Below, piece after piece: positions 1 to 10,187 of a stretch of DNA of 64,000 nucleotides. Every line of letters begins with the position of its first letter. Position 1 is the first letter of the stretch. The stretch is from Chiloscyllium plagiosum. Lineage: Eukaryota. Under the pieces are notes generated by a model. That model saw nothing but the letters and a program-made list of their open reading frames with translations. It was not told where the DNA came from and ran no database searches. The stretch spans positions 2,213,199-2,277,198 of the forward strand of contig NC_057759.1 of NCBI RefSeq assembly GCF_004010195.1, in the 5' to 3' direction. The position numbers and the translations under genes were made by a program.

Positions 1-230
1 CATCCACACCACCCTCCTCCCTGACCTATCACCTTCATCCCCTCCCCCACTCACCTATTGTACTCCATGCTACTTTCTCCCCCCCCCCACCCCCCTCTAG
101 CTTATCTCTCCACGCTTCAGGCTCTCTGCCTTTATTCCTGATGAAGGGCTTTTGCTCGAAACGTCGATTTTGCTGCTCCTCGGATGCTGCCTGAACTGCT
201 GTGCTCTTCCAGCACCACTAATCCAAAATC
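1..230 (+). mobile_element. Penelope-like element terminal (pLTR) remnant with hammerhead motif
   Basis: Contains CTGATGA-A-GGGCttttGCTC-GAAA-CG-TC at 138-165, followed by GGATGCTGCCTGA..CCAGCA as in the copies at 12.7, 24.7, 49.0 and 51.4 kb. Confidence 0.75.
134..169 (+). ncRNA. Minimal type I hammerhead ribozyme motif
   Basis: Core CUGAUGA (138-144), stem II GGGC/GCUC, GAAA, palindromic ACGU stem III, GUC cleavage triplet; stem I weak. Confidence 0.65.
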
Positions 231-234
231 TACT

Positions 235-2140
235 CAGGAACAGTCAGCTTTGGGGAACGGACAGCATCGCGCATGCGCCGCAAGGTTGCCAGAATAAATC
301 ATTCACAATAAACCGACAGTGACAGCAGCAGTGCTAACCCCAGACCCAGTATCGGGGATCAGGATCAAAGCACAAATATTACTTCCAAAAAAAGGAGAGA
401 CTAAATGAGCTTGGATTGTTTTTTTTTTATAGAGCAGAGATGACTGAGGTGGTGGCACATGATTGTGGTGTGAAAGATTGAGGCATTTGGACAGGGTGAA
501 TGTAGAGAAGCTGTTTCCTTTGTTTCAGCGATCAATCACAAGTGGTGATTGGGTTAGGATATGGTAAGGATAAGGATTCTCACTGTGGTGTAGGGTAAGG
601 GGTAAATGTATTGAGGGAAAGTCTCTTTCACTCAGCAAGTGGTGGAAATCTGGAATATAATGCCTGGGAAGGCAGTGGAGCCCAGAAACCTTAACCTTGA
701 AAAAGTATTTGGATGAGCACTTGAAATGTCATACTATTTAAGGATATGGGACAAGTGCAGGAAATTAGCAAACCTTCGGTGGTAGTTATTGTGGGTGCAG
801 ACACGATCCCTGAAGGACTTTTCTGTGCTGCATGAGTATATGCATGCCACCTTTTGCTCTGTGTACCACAGGGTGCAGTTATTAATTTGTACCTCTCAGT
901 CTTTGGTTTCTGACTATGTAATTGCATTTATCATATGCCACCTGTCATGATTTTGCAGTGTATATATGAAAGTCTAGTTACAAACCTGTAACTTTCAGGT
1001 TGTAGAGTCATACAGCCTTTGATCCAACTAGTGCACATTGACCAGATAACCAAAATTAATCAAATCTCATTTGCTAGCATAGAGTCAGAGAGATATATAG
1101 CATAGTAATAGACCCTTCAGTCTAACCCGTCCATGCCGACCAGACATCCCAACCCAATCGAGACCCACCTGTCAGCACCTGGCCTATATCCTTCCAAAGC
1201 CTTCCTGTTCATATACCCATCCAAATGCCTTTTCAATGTTGCAATAGTACCAGCCTCCACCACTTCCTCTGGCAGCTCATTCCATACCTGCACCACCCTC
1301 TGTGTGAAAAAGTTGCACCTTAGGTCTCTTTTATATGTTTCCCCTCTCTCCCTAAACCTATGCCCTCTAGTTCTGGACTCCCCAACACCTATTTACCCTA
1401 TCTGTGCCCCTCATAATTTTGTAAACCTCTATAAGGTCACCACTCAGCCTCCGATGCTCCAGGGAAAACAGCCCCAGCCTGTTCAGCCTCTCCCTATAGC
1501 TCAAATCCTCCAACCCTGGCAACATCCTTGTAAATTTTTTCTGAACACTTTCAAGTTTCACAACATATTTCCAATAGGAAGGAGACCAGAATTGCATGCA
1601 ATATTCCAACAGTGGCCTAACCAATGTCCTGTATAGCCGCAACATGACCTCCTAGCTCCTGCATTCAATATTCTGAATAATAAAAGAAAGCATACCAAAT
1701 GCCTTCTTCACTATCCTATCTACCTGTGACTCCACTTTCAAGGAGCTATGAGCCTGCACTCCAAGGTCTCTTTGTTCAGCAACACTCCCTAGGACCATAC
1801 CATTAATTGTATAAGTCCTACTAAGATTTGCTTTCCCAAAATGCAGCATCTCGCATTTATGTGAATTAAAGTCCATCTGCCACTTCTCAGCCTATTGGCC
1901 CATCTGGTCAAGATCCTGTTTTAATCTGAGGTTACCCTTTACACTGTCCACTACATCTCCAATTTTGGTGTCATTTGCAAAGTTACTAACTGTACCTCTT
2001 ATGCTCACATCCAAATCATTTATGTAAATGACAAAAAGTAGAGGACCCAGCACCAATCCTTGTGGCACTTCATTGGTCACAGGCCTCCAGTCTGAAAAAC
2101 AACCCTCCACCACCACCCTCTGTCTTCTACCTTTGAGCCA
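235..2140 (+). repeat. Segmental direct duplication, copy 1 (copy 2 at ~60668-62490)
   Basis: Collinear match, e.g. caataaaccgacagtgacagcagcagtgctaa, ggatcaaagcacaaatattacttccaaaaaaa and gaaagtctagttacaaacctgtaactttcaggttgtaga in both, including the same CR1 insertion point. Confidence 0.92.
1080..2140 (-). mobile_element. CR1-clade LINE 3' fragment (RT C-terminus and 3' UTR), decayed
   Basis: ORF pieces [28 protein letters not shown] and LYRTLVRPLLEYCMQFWSP; an oppositely oriented CR1 piece follows at ~2140-2460. Confidence 0.92.
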
Positions 2141-3734
2141 CATCGACAGTAGGCAAACAGTTGAAGAGATTCTCAGAGACAGGATTTACATATTTTTGAA
2201 AGGCCAGGATTGATTAGGGGGAGTCAACATGGCTTTCTGTGTGGGAAGTCATGTATCTCTGACTCAACTGAGTTTTTTTGAAATGGTGAAGAATAGGACT
2301 GATGAGGGAAAAGTGGTAGATGTGATCTATATGGCCTTCAGGTAAGGCGTTTGACAGGGTTCCCCATGGGAAATTGGTTAGCAAGATTAGATCACATGGA
2401 ATACAGGGAGAACCAACCATTTGGATACAGAACTTGTTCGAAGGTAGAAGACAGAGGAGTGTAAGTATCAAACTGTAATTATCAATCCAATAATCTGTGA
2501 ATACATGTGAGTGAATGCAGTTATTAATCTGTCCCTGGCACTCTCTGGTAAATGTTGGTCACACCACAGAACACTCTCTGGACAGGTTGGTTAATAACTC
2601 ACACATGCAGGTGTCAGTAAATTTCAGAGAAAGATTGATAACTACACTCTCATATTCACAAAGCAGAAACTGACATGAATAGAATGATTATGCTCCCAAT
2701 TTCAAATCACCTAAGTTGACATGTACACTTTGATAACGACATTCATATATTCACAGAGCAGAAACTGACAGATAGAGATTGATAACAAAGCAGAAATTCG
2801 TGGAAAATTCACAGGTGTGGCAGCATTTCAGGTCTAGTGACAGGTCCTCAGAACTGACGGTGGCAAGGAAAATGCACACAATGTGGTCTCCTCTATGTTG
2901 GGGAAACTGAATGTAGATTGAATGTAGAATGTTGCTGAACACCTTGCAGAACACCTACATTCTATCCAGAATGCTCCTCGGATGCTGCCTGACCTCCTGT
3001 GCTTTTCCAGCATCACACTAATCTTGCTCAAATTTTAACGTTAATCTCTCTCTTGCAGCTTTAATACTGTATTGTGGATTCTGTTCTATTTCCCTATGCA
3101 TTTTTTATGATATTATCTGCCTGTAAAGTACACAAAACAAAACTTTCCATTGTATCTCAGTGCATGTGACAATAATCAGATCAAATCAAATGGATAACTA
3201 TACTCACATATGCATAAAGTAGAATCTGAGAGATACAGGTCGATAACTACAGTCACACAAACTGACAGGGAAAGATTAATAAATACACTCAAACACTGAC
3301 ACTACAGAGCCTGACAGGGAAAGATTGATAGCTGATCTTTCACAGTCACAAATCAGAAACTGATTGCGACAGATGAAATCTCAGCTCACACATTCACATA
3401 GTAGAAACTGGAAGGATTGACAATTACACAAACATATTCACCAAGCAGAAACTGACAGCTACAGATTGACATCTATATTTATGTATTCACACAGCAGAGT
3501 CTGAAAGATACAGATTGACAGTTACACTCACTTTGACAAAGAAGAAATTGACAGGTAGAGAGTGATAACTGTACTCCCACATTCACATCACTGAAACTGA
3601 CAGCTAGGCTAACTAATACACCCACATTCACAGAGCAGAAGCTGATGGGTACTGATGAATAACTGTATTCACATATTAACAGGGAAGAAACTGACAGGGA
3701 CAGATTGGTATCTACACTGTCATATTGACATAGT

Positions 3735-4127
3735 TCAAAGTTTGTGCGAAGATTTGTAGCTCGGGTGCTCGTTGTTGTGGTTCTGTTCGCCGAGCTGAAA
3801 GTTTTTGTTGCAAACGTTTCGTCCCCTGGCTAGGCGACATCATCAGTGCTTGGGAGCCTCCTGCGAAGCGCTTCTTTGATGTTTCCTCCGGTGTTTATAG
3901 TGGTCTGTCCCTGCCGCTTCCGATTGTCAGTTTCAGCTGTCTGCTGTAGTGGTTGGTATATTGGGTCCAGGTCGATGTGTTTGTTGATGGAGTTTGTGGA
4001 TGAATGCCATGCCTCTAGGAATTCCCTGGCTGTTCTCTGTCTGGCTTGCCCTACGATAGTAGTGTTGTCCCAGTCGAATTCATGTTGCTTGTTGTCTGCG
4101 TGTGTGGCTACTAAGGATAGCTGGTCA
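3735..4127 (-). mobile_element. Penelope-like element 3' end (GIY-YIG C-terminus, pLTR, hammerhead); left arm of composite
   Basis: Reverse complement encodes HEFDWDNTTI..REFLEAWHSS..INKHIDLDPIY as in the 46.4-47.1 kb element; CTGATGA core at 3840-3846 (-). Confidence 0.9.
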
Positions 4128-4159
4128 TGCTAAATTACCCATAGTGCCCAGGGATGTGC

Positions 4160-4325
4160 ATGGGCATCTCATCCTAAAGATAACAGCGCTGACATGCACA
4201 ACACCTGCAATGCACCACTTTAATACGTGCCTGGATTATGTCGTATGTGCTCATTGGAGGGGGACTCAAAGCCACAATCGTCTGACTCCGGATGTGGAAA
4301 TGCTGGCAACTGAGTTACATCATAC
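4160..4325 (-). mobile_element. Decayed Deu-type (SacSINE1/AmnSINE-like) SINE fragment
   Basis: tatgtgctc..ggagggggactcaaagccacaatcgtctgactc..tgctggcaactgag resembles the reverse-complemented head as I recall it. Confidence 0.45.
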
Positions 4326-4817
4326 CAAGGGAGCCCTGGACCTGTCTGAGTGAGAGGGAAATGGCTGCAGAGCTCAATATGAGGGGAAGTAATATGGAGG
4401 CTAGAATTTGAAGAGGTCAAGTAAATTGTGTCATACACGATATTAATGTGTCGGAGACTGCAAGGAGGAAGAGTTAATATCAATGCAGGGAGAGCATGGA
4501 GGAGAAACATAAAAGAAAAACTAATAAGTTCAAGGCTGAAAGCTGAATCTGAGCTCAAGGATATTAGAGTCATAGAGTTATACAGCATAGAAACAGACCC
4601 TTCGGTCTAACTCGTCCATATAATATAGAACCTAGAACAGTACAGCCAATGATGTTGCACCGAACACAATGCCAAATTAAACTAATTCCCTCTGCCTGCC
4701 CTTGGTCCATATCCCTCCATTCCTTGCATATTCATGTGCCGATGTAAAAGTTTCTTAAATGCCCTATCTGCCTCCACCACCACCTCTAACAGTGCATTCC
4801 AGACTCCTACCACTCTC

Positions 4818-5150
4818 TGGCTCAGTGGTTAGCACTGCTGCCTCACAGCACCAAGGATCTGGGTTTGATTCCAGCCTCGGGTGACTGTCTGACTGGAGTT
4901 TGCACATTCTCCCCGTGTCTGCGTGACTTTCCTCTGGGTGCTCTGGTTTCCTCCTACAATCCAAAGATGTGCAGGTTAGGGCAATTAGCCGTACTAAATT
5001 GCCCATTGTGTTCAGGGATGTGTAAGTTAGGTGCATTAGTCTGAGGTAAATGTAGAATAATAGGGTCTGGGTGGGTTACTCTTTGGAGGGTCAGATTGGA
5101 CTTGTTGGGCCAAATGGCCTGTTTGCACACTGTTAAGGATTTTATGATTC
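4818..5150 (+). mobile_element. HE1 / V-SINE
   Basis: A-box TGGCTCAGTGG, B-box GGTTTGATTCC, V-domain TGGAGTTTGCACATTCTCCCCGTGTCTGCGTG. Confidence 0.9.
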
Positions 5151-5209
5151 TATCTCCTTTGAGCTTTCCCCCTCTCACCTTGAATGCATGCCCCCTAGTT
5201 TTAGGCATT

Positions 5210-5516
5210 TAATTCGACTGGGACAACACTACTATCATAGGGCAAGCCAGATAGAGAACAGCCAGGGAATTCCTAGAGGCATGGCATTCATCCACAAACT
5301 CCATCAACAAACACATCGACCTGGACCCAATATACCAACCACTACAGCAGACAGCTGAAACTGACAACCGGAAGCGGCAGGGACAGACCACTATAAACAC
5401 CGGAGGAAACATCAAAGAAGAGCTTCGCAGGAGGCTCCCAAGCACTGATGATGTCGCCTAGCCAGGGGACGAAACGTTTGCAACAAAAACTTCCAGCTCG
5501 GCGAACAGAACCACAA
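5210..5516 (+). mobile_element. Penelope-like element 3' end; right arm of composite
   Basis: Near-identical inverted partner of 3735-4127; hammerhead gca-CTGATGA-tGTCgcctagccaggGGAC-GAAA-CG-TT-tgc from 5445. Confidence 0.9.
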
Positions 5517-6819
5517 CATATTGACATAGTAGAAACAGATTGACAATGATACTCTGGGGTCAAATAGCAAAACCTGACAGATACTGTTTGATAATTGCAC
5601 TCACATATCGATATAGCTTAAACTAACAGGTAGAGATCAATATCTACATTCTCACAGAGTAAACTGATGGGAACAAGTTGATGACTGCATTTAATATTCA
5701 TACAGCAGAAACTGACAGGTCAAGACTAATATCAAAACTCACATTCTCATAGCTGAAACTGACAGGTTCAGGTTGAAAACTACACTCTCAGACACACAGC
5801 AGAAACTGTTCGGGACAGATTGATAAGTAAGACACACATATTCACTGGGCAGAAACTGACAGGTATGTATTGATAACTAAACTCGCATATCCACATCAGA
5901 GAAACACATAGGGACTGACTGTATTTATTGAAAATGAATGAAATCTATTTATCAACCAGTCCCTGGCAATTTCCTCTATGTGGATACACGAGTTCAGTTA
6001 TCAATCTGCATCTGTCGGTTTATGCTATGTGAATGTATGGTAAATATATTTACATTTTCTCATCACAGAGACAAATGGGGACAGACTGATAACTACACTC
6101 ATGACATTGTGGGCAGCACATGGACAATAGCTATTCCTGAAGGTCGTTGACCACCCCCTTCTCAAAGGGGCCTTCAGCCAGCGACATCCACGTCCCAGGA
6201 GTGAATAAACAAAAACAGCTGGCGTACAATACATCACAAGGTTTCTGTCTGCAGCATACGTGACACTAAAATCTTTCATCCACGACAAACTAAATCGAGT
6301 CTCAGAGATGTTGTTGCACACCTGGTCTTGACTTTTGCACGGGCCTCCTGACCCAGAAATAAGCTCAGACACTGTGGTGCAAAACTCTCTCCATCAGTAA
6401 TTTTCTCCTTCGTAAGAATGGTCCACGTATTCCATCTCTCTGTATGTTACTTTGGGAAAAGAGTTAATATTTGTGGATGAGGGGTCAGCAGGATTAAATA
6501 CCACAGTTAACATTCGATCTGACCATATGTTATCGAATGGGGGAGCACAGGGGATGGGCCGAGTGGCCGCCAGCTTCTCCGCCCCCTGATCAGATTGTGA
6601 GAGAGCCGGAGGGTGGAGTTATTAACATGACCCGGGAATGAACTCCATTGGAGCTTTATAAAGGGACAATGTCCCAGCTTGAAACGTTCCCTGCCGTTTC
6701 CCCAAAACCCCAGCTCCTTTCGTCAAAGTGAGTGAAAAGTGAATTGGGGAAATGACCAATTGATATTTGTTTCTGGGAGGCATTTGGAGAGCACCCCCCC
6801 CATGGGTATTGTTCCCGAG

Positions 6820-6900
6820 CAGAGGAGCGCATGCGTGAGGCCCTCCCCCAGCGCTGCCATTGAGTAGCATTTACTCAGTGAGTGCTAGAGGTTTGTTTGA
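6820..6900 (+). promoter_or_regulatory. GC-rich promoter with NRF1-like site
   Basis: GAGCGCATGCGTG (NRF1 consensus TGCGCATGCGCA) at the start of a CpG-retaining island, followed by a strong splice donor. Confidence 0.55.
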
Positions 6901-7022
6901 AACAGACCGTAATGGAGAGATCAGCGCCCAGGGAAGCGAGGGAACAGCAGGCTCCTTCCAGCAGCACATCGGGATGGGAGCCTGGGACACAGAGGGGGCT
7001 CCGAGACCGGGATTGATTCGGG
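6880..7022 (+). other. Putative first (5' UTR) exon of an unidentified gene; start approximate
   Basis: Ends at GG|GTGAGT (GT at 7023-7024); contains a 34-codon uORF 6912-7016; paralogous donor at 60425-60426 (-). Confidence 0.5.
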
Positions 7023-7218
7023 GTGAGTTCAGGGAGAACCGGGGGCTGTTTGTAAGAGGCCGAGCGGAGCAGGAACTGGTCCCGGAACTTGGAGTGAGCG
7101 GGCTGGGGGGAAGAGAGAGGCCTTTCTCGGGCTGTGTGTGTGCCTGCTGAGGGAGGCAGAGCGGGAAGAAGCTGCTGTGGGACATTCTTGGGGTTTACAA
7201 TCCTCTGAACGTTGATGC

Positions 7219-7424
7219 AAATTCATGATTTGGCTTCTGTTCCCCGTTGTTTGTTGACATTGGGCAGTGAATACTGGAAACACTGATCAGTTTTATGATA
7301 ACCTGTTTCCACACTGTAAGTAATCTAATCTAATCTAATCTAAATTCATGATTTGGCTTCTGTTCCCCGTTGTTTGTTGACATTGGGCAGTGAATACTGG
7401 AAACACTGATCAGTTTTATGATAA
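7219..7424 (+). repeat. Perfect 83-bp direct repeat flanking a 40-bp SINE 3' tail
   Basis: 7219-7301 equals 7342-7424; the insert cctgtttccacactgtaag(taatc)n is the HE1 3' end seen at 19.6 and 39.6 kb. Confidence 0.9.
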
Positions 7425-7802
7425 ACCTATAAAGTACACTATTCGAGTCAACAGATTAAAAGTTTCCACTGAAACATTAGAAATAGCGCCCATTGTTATT
7501 TATTTAAATGGTTACTGTATTGCGAACTGGAGTTCGAACTGTGTAAGCATTGCAGCTGCCTCAGTATTTCCCATTCATGAATGTTCTGGTTAGTTTCTTG
7601 GGCTCGCTCAACTGCTGCAGAACGGCAGGTAAAAAAAAAAGAAACAACTCAGGACAAGATTGGAATCAAAACCAGATCCTTTTGAATTGCTCAGTTAAAC
7701 ATACCTGAATGTTTATGAGCTGATTTCTACATGGATCAAGTTGATTTTTCCTAACTCAGTTTAGGTTGATTTACACAAGTTATATCTTTTGTATCCCTCC
7801 AG

Positions 7803-7876
7803 GAAATGGACCAAAACGATGTAATTTTCCCTTGTTACAAAGTCAAGTTTGACCAACTGCTTCTCACAAACACCAG
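7803..7876 (+). CDS. Putative start-codon exon of an unidentified gene (MDQNDVIFPCYKVKFDQLLLTNT)
   Basis: Pyrimidine tract plus CAG acceptor, ATG at 7806 in GAAATGG context, donor CAG|GTATGT; the inverted paralog keeps the donor and a similar peptide. Confidence 0.45.
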
Positions 7877-9988
7877 GTATGTTACTGCTGTCAGAGCATA
7901 GAATATTTCCACAGTCGCAGAGCTGATCAAGTAGATGTCAGACAAAAACAAGCACCTGACCATTCTCATCCCATTCAGCCAGCATTCCATTTCAATAAGT
8001 GTGTCATGGCAGCAGAAGATCTGCCAAGCCCACCTTTATCTCAACATCATTCTCAACTTGCTCACATTGCAGGAATCAAAATCATACTTTCTCTCGGCTC
8101 TTTGTTTCCAAGTTCACTTCAATTTTGTACAAAGTGCCCACATTCCCATTGACCCTCCCTATGAAATAATACAAGAAAACAGAATGTCATTTCTCCAAAT
8201 TAACAATGTAATCAAATAAGAACCTTTTAAACCAGTAGAGAAAGAATCTGAAATCTGGTAATTTGTAAAGTTTCTCATTTTATTTTGCAAGGAGTGTTCA
8301 ACCATGTTTAATAAATTTGCCTTGATGGTTTAGTTCTTCTCTACTGTCTGACAGAAATTACAAGTCCTTTTGCTTTCCTCATCCCCACCATAGAGCATTA
8401 TAAGGGTACCACTAATGGCTTGCCCCATCATACCGCAGAGTTATGTAACATTCACAATAGAATATTGATATGAATTAGATAATTCTCAGTCCAGTCGAAG
8501 GAATACTGTGGTCACTTAGCTGCAATACAGATTACGTGTTCATTGCCTTTCCCTTTAGACAATATAAAAGGAACTTAACACCCATCAATTTCTCATTATT
8601 ATTCATAAAATTATGTCACTGTGAGAAAAGCTGATGGCAACCTGAAGAACAACCCTTAATACCATTCCTCCCAGTTAGACTCTGCACTATAGGGGTTACT
8701 TAATCCATTGCTTTTCCATTACATAAAATAAATTCACTGTGAGAAAAACTGATAGGTACAGATTGATAACCACACTCTCACATTCACATAGCAAAAACTG
8801 ACAGTCGTAGATTGATAATGAGACTCTCAGATTAACAAAGCAAAGGTTGGCATATGTAGATTGATAGCTACTTTCATACATTCACAGAGAGGAAATAGTC
8901 ATACAGCACAGGAAGAGACCCTTTGGTGCAACGAGTCCATACCGACTGTGATCCCAAAAACAAAGGGGTCCCAGCTGCCTGCACATGGCTGATATACCTC
9001 CAAACATTTCTTGTTTGTGTACTGATCTCAATGATTTCTATAACCGTACCCACATCCACCACTTCCTCAGGAAATTCATTCCACATACGAACCATGCTCT
9101 TTGTAAAAAAAAAAAAATGCCCCCATACCTTTTTAAAAATATGCCTCTGAGTCTTGAAATCCCCCACTTTAGGGAAAAGACACCTGCCAATCACCTCATC
9201 CATACCCCTCATGATCTTATAAGTCTTTATAACTTACTGCACTCCAGTGAAAACTGTCCCAGTCAATCCATTCTCTCCCGATAACTCAAACCCTCCATTC
9301 CCAGCAACATCCTGGTAAATCTCTTCTGAGCCCTCCCCAACATAATAGCATAGACAGCCAAATATTGATAACTAAACTCTCATATTCCCATTGCAGGAAC
9401 AGATAGGTACCAATTGGTAACGACACTCACATACACAAATAGCAGAAAATGTCAAGGAGATATTGATAAATGTATTCACATATTCACAACACAGAAACTG
9501 ACAGGGACAGATTGATAAATGCACGCACACATTCGCAGAGTACTTACTATCATAGAAAGCTTGATAACAAATCTATTATATCCACAAAGCAGAAACTGAC
9601 AGGAACAGACTCCCAGAATAACGCTCCCGGTTTCACATTGCATAAACTGACAGGTACAGTTTGATAACTAATAACAGAGCAGAATGTAACAAGTACACAT
9701 TGATAACTATACTTACAGATTGATAAAGCAGAAACTAACACGTTTAGAATGACAACTCTAGCTACACATTCACCATCAGAAACTGAAAGTATGGATGCAT
9801 GATGATCCTCATACTCACATGGCAGAAACAGACTGTTACAGCTTGATAACTACAGTGACCCATTCACATTCCAGTAACTGACCGGGACAGATTAATAACT
9901 GCACACTCACATTCACATAACATAAACAACAATAACTTATCCCCCACCAATGTAAGACTCATCAGTCTAAATTCCTAGATTTCTTTGA

Positions 9989-10187
9989 TTCGGACTGGGG
10001 TGTACAATGTTAAAAATCACACAACACCAGGTTATAGTCCAACAGGTTTAATTGGAAGCACACTAGCTTTCGGAGCGACGCTCCTTCATCAGGTGATGAA
10101 CCACCTGATGAAGGAGAGTCGCTCCGAAAGCTAGTGTGCTTCCAATTAAACCTGTTGGACTATAACCTGGTGTTGTGTGATTTTTAA
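9989..10187. mobile_element. Palindromic PLE-derived mini-element with a hammerhead on each strand
   Basis: 87-bp inverted arms 10009-10095 / 10102-10188 (1 mismatch); cac-CTGATGA-a-GGAG..CTCC-GAAA-GC-TA-gtg; 15-bp TSD CCTAGATTTCTTTGA at 9974-9988 and 10188-10202. Confidence 0.85.

Larger units (their letters stand above)
2470..6105 (+). repeat. Diverged ~47-50 bp minisatellite array 1 (interrupted by insertions)
   Basis: Consensus approx. GCAGAAACTGACAGGTACAGATTGATAACTACACTCACATATTCACA; GAAACTG spacing 47, 47, 50 at 5708-5852. Confidence 0.9.

Noticed and set aside
6025..6440. 115-aa minus ORF as a divergent gene from the 6.8-kb promoter
   Set aside because: No recognisable domain, runs into LINE and satellite sequence, no counterpart at the paralogous promoter
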